Assembly (NCBI GenBank): GCA_965237895.1
Contig: CBDEGR010000001.1
Coordinates: 476,287-540,286, forward strand
Origin: Terriglobia bacterium
GTDB taxonomy: Bacteria > Acidobacteriota > Terriglobia > UBA7540 > JAPUME01
DNA length: 64,000 bases
Reading direction: 5' to 3'
Position numbers and translations under genes: made by a program
Notes under the pieces: model-generated
Database searches by the model: none
Seen by the model: the letters and a program-made list of their open reading frames with translations, nothing else
What the model was told of the DNA's origin: nothing
In this document: in pieces, positions 1 through 10,000 of the stretch
Layout: the number at the start of each line of letters is the position of its first letter
Numbering within the stretch: the first letter of the stretch is position 1

Positions 1-2030
1 TCCCGTGCATAACGATAGGCATCGAGCAACGAACCATCATTGTGGCCATCTATTGAAATATCTGTGTGGCGGTGCATATCACCCCGGAAGATCGAGTAGC
101 TCTTGCCACAGCTCTCGATCCTGAACGCTCCGATGCGTTTCACCTGCTCCAGTTCCTGGGATGGGAAGGGTTTAATCAGCAATGGCTCTGCGGTGAATGG
201 CGTCAGCTCGAGGGGTTCCGCCAAGTTTAAGTTGCCTAAACTCGCCACCTGGACCTGCAACTGATGCGGTAAAAACGACCTGGTACTCCGTTTGTCTGTG
301 GCCCATGTTGCCCACAAATTTCCGCTGGAATCGATAGTCGTCGTTGGAATCATATCGTTCCGCCCACTGCTACGAGGCAAATACATTAATTCTCTCCATC
401 TTGAACCGTCGTACCTTGTGGCATAAATCTCCCACAAGGCAAGGTCGATTGGCCCCTCAAGCGGTGTGTCGGGTTGCCGCATCGTCATGCGGCGGACGAA
501 CAGCCAGGGGCTGCCGCTTGAGTCTATTTGTAAGTGTGGCAGTTCCCAGAATTCTCCCGGTGTCAGAACCTGTGTCAGTTGCCCTGCTGTGCTCATTGTC
601 CGGTTCCCGTCAACACAGACGATTCGGATCGTCCTCGACTCATGTAGTTGGGTTCCTTTACGCATGACCAAAAAGCCCGTATCTTTCCCCCAGTCGGCTC
701 CGGATTCACCCCACGCGACCCAGACACGATCCTCGTGATCGAAAGCAATTGTCGGATGCGCTTCGAACCGCGAAGTTGTTGCGACACCCTGAACCGGCCG
801 CCAGCGGTTGTTTTCAAAGCGCCGGAGATACACATCATAACTACCCGACGCATATCCGTCCCAGGCAACCACGATTGATCCGTTCTTCCCAGCCGCTACC
901 GACGGCCACCAACTATTGCCATTTGTCGATATTCCCTCACTAATCCGATTTTCTTGCGACCATCTTTTGCCATCAAAGTGTTTTGCAGCAATCTGGCTGC
1001 GACCGTTTACCGTCTTTTGCCACACGAGCCATAATCGCCCCTTCGAATCCGTTACTACCTTGTGGTAGGCATCAGAACCGGAATGATCGGTCAACCGTGC
1101 TACTTGCGACCATCCTTTGCCGTCGTGGGTCCGACCATACAGATCCCAGTTTCCGTCTACCTGCATGGACCAGATCACCCATAGATGCCCCCGACCGTCC
1201 TTACCAAGTGCCGTATGGAATACGTCACTGTCTTGTAGCAGAACTGACACAGGTTCCCAGTTGCTGCCCACTTTTTTCCGCACGTAGACCGAATCCGATA
1301 TGCCATCGTACTCCTGCCAAGCAACCCAGAATTCTCCGGACTTCGTTCCCAATATAGAGGGGAAGTCTTGCTGTCCCATTTGTTTCGGCGCGACGGGTGA
1401 AGTCGGCGGAATGTAGTCGACGCGAACGCTTCCGTCAAGAAACAATGATGGCTGGAAAGGATTGATTTGATCCTTGGTAAAACTGAATTCCCCCTGGGCC
1501 GTCTTGATCCTGATCGGGTGACCCGTTGTTTGGTTTTGGTGAACAAGAATGCTGGGAGATTCGATGACAGGCTCGGGTTTTTCTGCCCGGACATGCCATT
1601 CTGTAGTCGGTCCGTGCATTGAGGCCTGGCGGGTACTGCAAACCCAGGAAGTAGGACTTCTGACAAAATCATTGGGTAAGGTTGCCTCTCCACCCGTTTT
1701 CGTTTCACGTCCTCGTGCACTAAACCCCACTTCTCTATAGCTATGCGCCCGGAAATGATCCGCCTCAATCCGCAACACCTGTCCTGGGGCCGGCAAAAGG
1801 TAGCCATCCCAGGCCTGAGGTGAAGCATCTTTTAAGCCGAAAGTCATTCGAAAGGAAGCAGCAGGCAAGAAAGCCTCACGATCAGACACTGCGGTAAGCT
1901 TTCCTGACTCTCGCGAAATCAAGATCGCGGAGCCGGGCCAAATTGCTACCAGAAGAAGAAAAACAAATAAGATGCGAGGAAAAGTTGATCTTGTTTTGGC
2001 TCGTCGATTGTACAGGCTCAGATTGCTCAT
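1..2030 (-). CDS. Secreted beta-propeller-like protein with C-terminal GDxHxHT (PHP/CehA-like metallohydrolase) motif; partial, 3' end runs off the left window edge
   Basis: Absent from the ORF track because it has no stop in the window. Manual reverse translation from ATG 2030-2028 gives a signal peptide (MSNLSLYNRRAKTRSTFPRILFVFLLLVAIWPGSA). W-rich repeated blades follow (GEFWVAWQEYDG, GHLWVIWSMQVDGNWDLYGRTHDGKGWSQ, GRLWLVWQKTVNGRSQIAAKHFDGKRWSQ, SIVVAWDGYASGSYDVYLRRFENNRW). It ends with IFRGDMHRHTDISIDGHNDGSLLDAYRYARD at nt ~100-1. No minus-strand track ORF occupies this frame. Translated by eye and spot-checked codon by codon. Confidence 0.6.
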   Translation of the reverse strand, partial: MSNLSLYNRRAKTRSTFPRILFVFLLLVAIWPGSAILISRESGKLTAVSDREAFLPAASFRMTFGLKDASPQAWDGYLLPAPGQVLRIEADHFRAHSYREVGFSARGRETKTGGEATLPNDFVRSPTSWVCSTRQASMHGPTTEWHVRAEKPEPVIESPSILVHQNQTTGHPIRIKTAQGEFSFTKDQINPFQPSLFLDGSVRVDYIPPTSPVAPKQMGQQDFPSILGTKSGEFWVAWQEYDGISDSVYVRKKVGSNWEPVSVLLQDSDVFHTALGKDGRGHLWVIWSMQVDGNWDLYGRTHDGKGWSQVARLTDHSGSDAYHKVVTDSKGRLWLVWQKTVNGRSQIAAKHFDGKRWSQENRISEGISTNGNSWWPSVAAGKNGSIVVAWDGYASGSYDVYLRRFENNRWRPVQGVATTSRFEAHPTIAFDHEDRVWVAWGESGADWGKDTGFLVMRKGTQLHESRTIRIVCVDGNRTMSTAGQLTQVLTPGEFWELPHLQIDSSGSPWLFVRRMTMRQPDTPLEGPIDLALWEIYATRYDGSRWRELMYLPRSSGRNDMIPTTTIDSSGNLWATWATDKRSTRSFLPHQLQVQVASLGNLNLAEPLELTPFTAEPLLIKPFPSQELEQVKRIGAFRIESCGKSYSIFRGDMHRHTDISIDGHNDGSLLDAYRYAR

Positions 2031-2926
2031 CGCACAAACCAGCGGATGGCGTAGTGTCCCTCGCTCTTATGGAACTTCAGTGTGTAGGGATCGACTAACC
2101 AGCGCGCTACGAAGCCGTCTGTTCGAGGCATTAGCCACCCAAAATCCCAACCCTTGCTCTCGTAACGGGCGGGAATAGCCGGCTTGACGCGCACCACGGG
2201 CTGGGACGCTGCAATGAACTGTTTACGCGCCGTATAGTAATAGCAGGATCCGACCTGGACGAATACCTCATGCTCCAACGCCCGAGCCGGATCCGCCAAT
2301 AGATCGGCGCATAACTCCCGAATCCCAACCTTGACCTCGCGGCCTTGGGAAAACTCTTTGACCAACGCCTGCACGGAGCCTGAAACCACTCTCCCGTTGG
2401 CTGTGTGCGAGAGAACTTCCTCCCACTCATCGCGGACCCAGAACTGAAATGTTTCAAAGTCGTAAAGAAAGTTGCTGCTGGGGGCATTTGTCTCCGCATC
2501 CCAGCTATCCGACTGATGGTATTTGGGCATTGCACTATGGTCGTCGAGTGGTGAAGGCACGGGTTCACCATTTTTTGGGGCCCCGTCAAGATACGGCCGT
2601 GCAATCGCCTGCCCGCCATCCTGGTTGTACATGAAGAAGGACATCGAAGGACGGGGTCCAAAACCATCCGGCAGGCTGATCGGCTGCCGCAGATTTATGA
2701 TCCCGACCGTCCAGCGATTTTCCAACAGGTAGGTGACGCGAAAATCGGCTACCTCACGAACGAGTTCAGGATTTTTGGAAGTTGTGTCAACGTGTTCGTT
2801 GTGCCGAAATTCCGTGTAGATACGTAGGTCCGCGCCCCGCCGGATGGTTGCAGCCAGCTCCTTCTCACTCCCGAATACAGGACGCCGTGTGCTATCGAGA
2901 CTGTAAACACACCTCCAAGTCCTCAT
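2027..2926 (-). CDS. Hypothetical protein (299 aa), no family recognised
   Basis: Track ORF with no signal peptide. Its TGA stop (2029-2027) overlaps the ATG (2030-2028) of the downstream beta-propeller gene (ATGA), which suggests translational coupling. Confidence 0.55.
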   Translation of the reverse strand: MRTWRCVYSLDSTRRPVFGSEKELAATIRRGADLRIYTEFRHNEHVDTTSKNPELVREVADFRVTYLLENRWTVGIINLRQPISLPDGFGPRPSMSFFMYNQDGGQAIARPYLDGAPKNGEPVPSPLDDHSAMPKYHQSDSWDAETNAPSSNFLYDFETFQFWVRDEWEEVLSHTANGRVVSGSVQALVKEFSQGREVKVGIRELCADLLADPARALEHEVFVQVGSCYYYTARKQFIAASQPVVRVKPAIPARYESKGWDFGWLMPRTDGFVARWLVDPYTLKFHKSEGHYAIRWFVR

Positions 2927-3142
2927 TGTTTTTTTCGCTTTCCGTTACGCACTGCAATGGCTAAATTGCCGGCTAAACTGGCAGTGGCTCGTCCCATAAC
3001 CTTTCTCCCACTTATTTTCATCTAACATCCGATTGAGTATAAGTCAATAACCCGCATTTCCAGTTTGAAATCGTAGAAGCAACCCTCGACTAACCTCCAA
3101 CATCCATATGACCTGCCCCCAGTGATTGTACCAACTCGTATG

Positions 3143-4302
3143 TTAGTTCAGCGGTAATTCTGTCCCTAGGTCGGGAGGCAGCTGCCTCCCGAGCAGCGGC
3201 GGGATTTCCATGGCCTCCGGTGCCGGTGGACGATAACCAAGAGCACTGTGAGGTCGAACCCTGTTGTAGTGTCGCCTCCACTGCTCGATTAACACCTTCG
3301 CTTCCTGCAAGGTGTAGAAGATCTCCCGGTCGAGCAACTCGTCTCGGAGCTACCCATTAAAGCTCTCGTTGTAGCCGTTCTCCCAGAGACTCCCGGGTTG
3401 GATGTAGAGCGTCTTCACTCCGATTCGCCCCAGCCACTCTCGTAGAGCTTGGGCGCAGAACTCCGGGCCATTATCCGAGCGAAGGTGCTCGGGCGGACCT
3501 CGGAGAACGAACAGATCGGCCAGTAGCTGCACGACATCGTCGGATCGAATCTGGCGGGCCACCTGGATAGCCAGACATTCCCGAGTGTACTCATCGATGA
3601 CCGTCAACAACCGGAAAGCCCTCCCGTCGTGAGTGCGGGCTTGGACGAAGTCGTAAGCCCAGACGTGGTTCGGACTGCAGGGGCGCAGACGAACGCACGA
3701 TCCGTCGTTGAGCTAAAGGCGTCCACGCTTCGGCTGTTTCTGCGGCACTCTCAACCCCTCCCGCCTCCAGATGCGCTCCACTCTCTTATGGTTGACCCTC
3801 CAGCCGGCTCGCCGCAGCAAGGCCGTGACCCGACGATAGCCATAGCGACCAAACCGACCGGCCAGGGTGACGATGGCCCTCGTCAGGGCATCCTCGTCGG
3901 GAGCAGCGATGCATCGATGGTGCTGGGTGGACCGGGGTTGGCTGAGCACTCGACAAGCCCGGCGTTCCGAGACACCCAACGCCTTACAGACATGCGCCGC
4001 CCACTGCCGGCGACGCGCCGGGCTTAGCCGTTTCCCCTTGTGACCTCCTGCAGAATCTGCTTGTCCAAGGTCAGGTCTGCAACCGCCCTCCTCAAGCGAG
4101 TGTTCTCCTGCTCGAGGACCTTCAACCGCTTGGCCTGATCCATCTTTAGACCGCCCTACTCCTTTCGCCAGCGGTAATAGGTCTGCTCGGTCACCCCCAA
4201 CGACCGGCACACCTCGGCTACGCTGCGACCCTGGGCAAGTTCCACTTCGGTCTCTCGAAGTTTACCGATAATCTGTTCGATCGAATGCTTCCTCTTGACC
4301 AT
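3143..4302 (-). pseudogene. IS3-family transposase OrfAB with three in-frame TAG codons
   Basis: orfA is MVKRKHSIEQIIGKLRETEVELAQGRSVAEVCRSLGVTEQTYYRWRKE*GGLKMDQAKRLKVLEQEN. orfB is ...LSPARRRQWAAHV...KRGRL*LNDGSCVRLRP...LTVIDEYTRECLAIQ...LRSDNGPEF...YNESFNG*LRDELLDREIF...YNRVRPHSALGYRPP. The TAG codons lie at 4158-4156, 3715-3713 and 3352-3350. The reading frame is otherwise continuous. Confidence 0.85.
4030..4036 (-). other. Candidate -1 programmed frameshift heptamer G GGA AAC joining orfA and orfB
   Basis: In the orfA zero frame the codons read agG GGA AAC ggc taa, which fits X XXY YYZ. Slipping -1 gives ...TRGN/RLSPARRRQW, which is the orfB frame. Confidence 0.6.
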
Positions 4303-4607
4303 CCTGACCTCCCTATTCCAGGTCCAACTCTAACATTAGAACTGGACCGGTTTGAGGGGGTCAGGTCAAGAGAGGTGTCTGAAAAAGCTGGTTCTCAAAG
4401 CCGGGTCGACAGGTTTTCAGGACCCGGAAAAGGGTGGCTGGGAGCCGGTGGGACCCTCTGGGAGAAAAACCGTGCCCGGAGGGCTCGACTGGAGGCACCC
4501 GGGTGTATACTCGCAACTACCGGAGGGTCAAAAAACTAGTTCCGGTGAAAACCTCACGTGCGCAACAGTCCGATGAAACTTCGGAAGCCGGAAGGAGGTA
4601 GTATAAA

Positions 4608-5984
4608 ATGAATCGCAGGAATTTCATTAAAACCTCGAGTCTGAGCGCCGTCGGCGCAGTGGCAACAACGAAACTTTCGGGGAGCCGGGCTACGGGAGCT
4701 AACGACCGACTAACTTGTGGCTTTATCGGAGTCGGAGGAATGGGAAGGAGCAACCTGAGAGACTTCCAAAAATCTGAGGTTGTCGAGGTAGCCGCAGTAT
4801 GTGACGTCTGGCAACCCAATGTTGAGCGTGCTATCCAAATGACCCAAGCGAAAGCTTCCGGCTACAGTGACTTCCGAAAAATTATAGACCGCAAAGACAT
4901 CGATGTCGTGGTTGTAGCAACTCCTGATCACTGGCATGCTTACCTCACGATTCTGGCTTGTCAGGCCGGAAAGGATGTTTATGTGGAGAAGCCTCTAGCA
5001 CACAACGTACACGAGGGAAGAAAAATGGTGGAGGCGGCCCGGAAATTTAAGCGTGTGGTCCAAGTAGGCACCCAACAGCGCTCAGGTAGACACTACAAGG
5101 AAGTCGTGGACTTCGTTCAGTCTGGAAAGCTTGGGAAGATCAGCCGAGTAGCCGCATGGAACTTTAGAAACGAGTCCCCTCACGGAATAGGAGATTTGCG
5201 GGACAGCGAACCGCCGCCGGGCTTGGATTACGATATGTGGCTTGGGCCAGCCCCAAAACGACCCTTCAATCCGAATCGCTTTATTTTCAGTTTCCGCTAC
5301 TTCTGGGATTATGCGGGGGGCGATGCGACAGACTGGGGTGTACACCACATTGACATGGTCCAATGGGCCATGAACGAGCGAGCTCCTAGAAAAGTATCGG
5401 CTTTTGGGAGCAAATACTACGTCCAAGACAACCGGGAAACCCCAGACACCTTAGAGGTGATCTACGAATACCCTAATTTCATGCTCACCTACTCAAACCG
5501 CATTTTAAACGGGAATCCCGTTGGTGGCCGCTCCTGGGGGATCGCATTTTATGGAACGGACGCGACGCTGGTTGTAGATCGGGCGGGTTACGAAATCATC
5601 CCCGAAACACGGGGGACGTTTGAACCTCTTGATCCATTTTATGAACGTGAGCTGGAAGCCACCAAACAAGGTAAGTCTTCTTTGGACCCACGGGGCAGTC
5701 CGCGAGATGTCTGGGTGGGTAGGACGGAGATGGTGCGCGGAGAGGGCTCCGAGCAGCACCTGCCTCACGTACAGAATTTCCTGGAGTGCGTCAAGAGTCG
5801 CAAAAAGCCTGTCTCGGACGTCGAAATAGGCCATTATTCCACCGCCACAACGCATCTGGCTAATATTGCCCTCTGGACGGGCCGGACAATCCATTGGAAT
5901 TCCGAGAAAGAGCAAATCGAGAATGACGCCGAGGCCGGCAAATATTTAAGCCGAAAATACCGGAAGCCTTGGGTGGTGACTTGA
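4608..5984 (+). CDS. Gfo/Idh/MocA-family oxidoreductase with twin-arginine signal
   Basis: MNRRNFIKTSSLSAVGAVATT is a Tat-type N-terminus. GFIGVGGMGRSNL is a Rossmann motif. The SD GGAAGGAGG lies upstream of the ATG. Confidence 0.9.
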   Translation: MNRRNFIKTSSLSAVGAVATTKLSGSRATGANDRLTCGFIGVGGMGRSNLRDFQKSEVVEVAAVCDVWQPNVERAIQMTQAKASGYSDFRKIIDRKDIDVVVVATPDHWHAYLTILACQAGKDVYVEKPLAHNVHEGRKMVEAARKFKRVVQVGTQQRSGRHYKEVVDFVQSGKLGKISRVAAWNFRNESPHGIGDLRDSEPPPGLDYDMWLGPAPKRPFNPNRFIFSFRYFWDYAGGDATDWGVHHIDMVQWAMNERAPRKVSAFGSKYYVQDNRETPDTLEVIYEYPNFMLTYSNRILNGNPVGGRSWGIAFYGTDATLVVDRAGYEIIPETRGTFEPLDPFYERELEATKQGKSSLDPRGSPRDVWVGRTEMVRGEGSEQHLPHVQNFLECVKSRKKPVSDVEIGHYSTATTHLANIALWTGRTIHWNSEKEQIENDAEAGKYLSRKYRKPWVVT

Positions 5985-6085
5985 TGGCAGGTCCCCCCCC
6001 ACGGTTTATGTTGCTGTCGCGGTTCCCCTAATTACACCGATCTAAAGAAAGGCAAGTTGGGTCGGTTGGCTGTGTTCCTCTGGTT

Positions 6086-6226
6086 TTGGAATCCGACGTG
6101 GCCGCTAGCCTGGAGCACTACGCGGACATTCTCCGCGAGATGGGGCGTGACGAAGAGGCGAAAAAAATGGAAACCCGCGCCAAGGCCATCCGCGCTAAGC
6201 ACACACAAGAGAATCCACCTACCAAT
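6086..6226 (+). pseudogene. 3' stub of a TPR-repeat-type protein
   Basis: The frame opens after a TAA at 6029 and reads ...VAASLEHYADILREMGRDEEAKKMETRAKAIRAKHTQENPP. This resembles the C-terminal tail of TPR proteins (from memory). No gene body lies upstream. Confidence 0.35.
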
Positions 6227-6400
6227 AAGGAGTCCGTACAGACCGTTAAAGGTCACCATTGCCGATTCTACCAAGGTTCGGGGAGTCCTGAAGCTGAAGC
6301 CGAGCCGTCCTGCAGGGTTATGAAAAAGGGGTAGATGGTTTTGCTGCGTGGGATCTGAGTTTGAGCATGCAGGAGCTTCCGCATGAGAGGGCGCCCCTTG
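6227..6400 (+). pseudogene. Remnant paralogous to the 3' part of the 11947-13824 gene
   Basis: Nucleotide identity seen directly against 13432-13600: caccattgccgattctaccaagg (23 nt) and aaggggtagatggttttgctgcgtgggatctga (33 nt). Peptides KESVQTVKGHHCRFYQG and GYEKGVDGFAAWDLSL match KESIQAVKAHHCRFYQG and SYEQGVDGFAAWDLNL. There is an internal indel and frameshift. Confidence 0.7.
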
Positions 6401-6449
6401 GAGGTGAGTGTCGGCGGTTCGACAAACACCGACGAAAAGGAGCACCCAT

Positions 6450-6545
6450 ATGAATAGCGTCAGGTATATCGGGATGGACGTTCATAAAGGCATGACTGTT
6501 GTCGCGGTCCTGGATGCCACCGGCAAGCTCCAGAGGCGGAGCTTC
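6450..6545 (+). pseudogene. 5' stub of an IS110-family transposase
   Basis: An AAGGAG SD is followed by ATG 6450. MNSVRYIGMDVHKGMTVVAVLDATGKL matches the IS110-type N-terminus (xGxDVHK...VLDxxGK). The frame then degenerates into non-homologous sequence and stops at 6614. Confidence 0.5.
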
Positions 6546-6919
6546 CGCAGGGGGTGGGCAGCGCGACCAAGTCCCGCGATGGCCCGCCCAGCATCCCCGC
6601 TTCCAATAAAATAAAACCGCACCCCAGCTACACGGAGGCGCCCTTACGCCATGACGCATTTGCGGCTCCGATGTCGATGGGGAAGGATAAAACTACCTCT
6701 TCGCTCCCCCTTGCCCTAATACCTTCTCACGATGCCCCGGGTGCGAAATCTGCAGATTTTGGAATTTAGAATATTAAAAATAGAAACTCATAGCACTTGG
6801 CTCGCTTTACGCGGAGGCAAGTAACTGATATATAAGGATCTAATTTCGAGTTGCGTTTGGACTAAAAATTGCAGCGTATGCCGGTGACGCGGGATAATTT
6901 CTTTCTACCAAGGTTTTTC

Positions 6920-6948
6920 TTGACAGGTGGAAGGAATCGCGGTATGAG
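6920..6948 (+). promoter_or_regulatory. Candidate sigma-70-type promoter for the TonB-receptor/sialidase locus
   Basis: TTGACA (6920-6925), a 17-nt spacer, then TATGAG (6943-6948), about 90 nt upstream of the 7036 start. Confidence 0.3.
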
Positions 6949-7035
6949 TACTCGCTATATGAGCCAGCAGGCTAGTCTAGCTCGAGAAGCGACATAGAAA
7001 TGCCCGCGTGATCGAGAAAAAAAGGGGAGAGCGCC

Positions 7036-10000
7036 GTGAAAAGTAAATCAAAGGTACGTTTTTCGAGTGCAAATCCAGTGGGTTGGTTTATTCCGCTGCT
7101 GATCTTGGCTGTAATGCTGGGCCAAGGGTTTCGTGGAACCGCACAGACCACCTACGGGAAAATTGTTGGTACCGTGATAGACGCGACCGGTGCTGCCGTA
7201 CCGGACGCGGCCATTACGATCAGGAACGACGCCACCGGCGCCATTCGTACCGGCATGACAGGCACGAGCGGAAACTACCTCGTTGATAAGTTGGTGCCGG
7301 GTAAGTACTCAGTCACTGCCGAGTTGGCCGGGTTTAAGAGATTTACTAGCAGCGGAGTTCCGCTACTCCCCATCCAGAGCCTGCGAATCAACATCACCTT
7401 GGAAGTGGGGGCTGTCACCGAGGAAATTACTGTGACGGGCGAGGGTGCGGTAATCGAGACGGAGAGGGCCGAGATAGCTTGGACCCGAACCGCGCAAGAG
7501 TTTCGAGATTTGCCGGTCCTTACGCCTAGTGCACCCGGTGCAGGCACATTTAGAACCCGGGACCCGCTGAATTTTGTGTTCGCGGTGCCGGGGGTCAATG
7601 TGACCAGAGTCACCAGTGCGGGGAAGATCAACGTTTATGGGGCACCCCAGGGGGGCATAATCATTCGGGTCGACGGAGTCATTCAGCGCGACAACTCGAA
7701 TGGAGTTTCCGAACAGGGCAGGCCCATCATAGAGGCGACCAACGAGATGAAGGTGATTGGACTCAATGCTGCGCCCGAATTCGACGGGCAAGCCACCATC
7801 CTGTTTACCACCAAATCGGGGGGCAGCGAATTCCACGGTGGCGGCATGTATGAGGGACAGCAAAGGGCATGGACTGCGCAGTCCTGGGAGCTTAATCGTA
7901 GCGGGACAGCGAAGCCATTCTCCAAAAGGAATAGTACGGCGATGTGGCTGGGTGGACCCATCAAAAAAGACAAGGCGTTCTTTTTTACGGCATTTGATTT
8001 TGAGCGAGGCCTCCAGGCTCATAGTAGGCTAGCTCAAAGAAACAAGCCCGGGGCGGCTTTTAGGGCGGGGGACTTTTCAGCCTTGATCGACCCCACTTTC
8101 GTCACTAAATATCTTGGTGGGACCGCCATCCAAATCGTAGACCCCATGAATAACAACGCTGCATTTGCGGGGAATATTATCCCCACCGCTCGTCTGAACG
8201 CGACTTCCTTGTTGATCCAAAATGATCTCTTTTTGGGTGAACCCACCCAGGGCGGTATAGTTGCTAATGCTCCTTTGCCGGCGACCCTTCCTATCAATGC
8301 GACAAAGTTCGATTTTCGAATTGACTACAACTTCTCCGATGCTCATCAGATGTTTTCTCGTGTCAATATCTCAACCGATATTAGGAAAATATTTGACCAA
8401 GCCTGGGAAGGTGCTATCAGAAACGACACAACTCCCGCAAGGATGATAACGTTCAGCGACACGTACGCTTTAAGCCCGACCGTACTCAATGAATTTAGGT
8501 TCGGGCACTACCGCCATGAACGCACTATTGTCGGAGAGACCTTGCTGGAAGGCAGGGCGTATCAGACCGAATGGGGGATTCAGAATATCGGCCCCGGGGG
8601 CCCAGGGCTCCCCTTCATAGGGGGCTTGGAGGCGGCTCACGGCATCGCGAGCATAGGTTCTCTCATCTTCGATTCCAGGAACTATGAGGTGATGGACAAT
8701 GTGTCGATCCTCAGAGGCAAGCATCAGTACAAATTGGGTTACAGCCTAAACAGGCCAAGCTTCTTCTTCCCGTTCTATCTCTATGAAGAAGGAAACTGGT
8801 CCTTCAGCAACAAGTGGACGGGCTTCGGCTACTCCGACTTTCTGTTGGGGCACACCACTTCAGCTGATTTATGGTTAGCCCCTCGCCCCGGAGTAGTGGC
8901 GAGGTCGTTTGAACATAACTTTTACTTTCAGGATACGTACCAAGTGACTCGCAGGTTAACTCTGGAGTACGGGATTCGCTATCAATACCATCCGCGAGCG
9001 AACGCGAAGCGTGACCAGCTCTCCAACTTTGACCCGGTGTCGGGAGGATTGGTGGTGCCCAGCGCAACGTCACTGGAGACTATCAACCCAAACTTCCCCA
9101 CGGACATCTCAATTATTACTGCCAGGGAGGCTGGTTTCCCCTTTAACATGATCGAGGATGACAAGAACGATATTTCCCCTCGCTTCAGTTTTGCCTACCG
9201 ACTTGATGAGGAAGGAAAGACAGTACTACGTGGAGGATACGGAATTTTCTATAACACGTATGTGCTCAATATGTCGTCCACACTAGGCAATTTTGGCCCC
9301 TATCGCGGTACGGCGGTGTCCTCAAATTTGGTACAAGCCGGGACGACCAAACCCACACTTCAATTACCCTCTCCCTATCTACCCTTCGACCCCGCAACAG
9401 GTAACGTGTTCATTTCGTCAGTGGACAAGGACCTACCCAATGCCCAGTTCCACCAGTACAACTTAACTCTGGAGCGGGAATTTTCTGGGAACAGGCTGGC
9501 GGTCTCCTTTATCGGTAATTATGGGTCGCATTCCATCGGTAGGGATATAAATCAACCTGTGGCGAGCACAACCCCGTATGCTGTGTCCCGGCGTCCTCTG
9601 CCTAATTTCAATACCCTCAGTTCGTTTACCGGTGATAACATTCTTAGGTACACCGCCTTGCAGGTGGTGGGCGAGCGGCGGTTCAAGAAAGGGCTATTCT
9701 TCCGTGTCTCCTATGACTGGACCACGCACTTGACGCTTGACGACGCCGATACGGGTCCGGTGGGGGGCATTAGTGTGCGAAACACCTATGACCTGAAGGC
9801 GGAGAAGGGCAATCTAAATTGGGGTCCCAAAAACCGAGGGCTGATTGTGTACTCTTACGAATTACCCTTCGGTCCTGGAAAACCTGTGCCGGCGCATGGG
9901 GTGTTGGGCAAGGTGATAGGAGGATGGCAAGTTAACGGGATCACCTCCTTGCGAAGCGGGCTTTGGTTTAGTCCCACCTTTAGTGGTTACGACCCATCCG

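Larger units (their letters stand above)
3109..4368 (-). mobile_element. IS3-family insertion sequence (1260 bp), decayed
   Basis: Imperfect terminal inverted repeats: 3109 TGACCTGCCCCC...ATGTTAG versus the reverse complement of 4368, TGACCTGACCCC...ATGTTAG (TG...CA ends). They enclose a two-frame transposase. Flanking triplets ATA / AGA are not a clean target-site duplication. Confidence 0.85.

Noticed and set aside
3106-4371. Target-site duplication flanking the IS3 element
   Set aside because: The flanking triplets are ATA and AGA, which do not match. I could not support a duplication.
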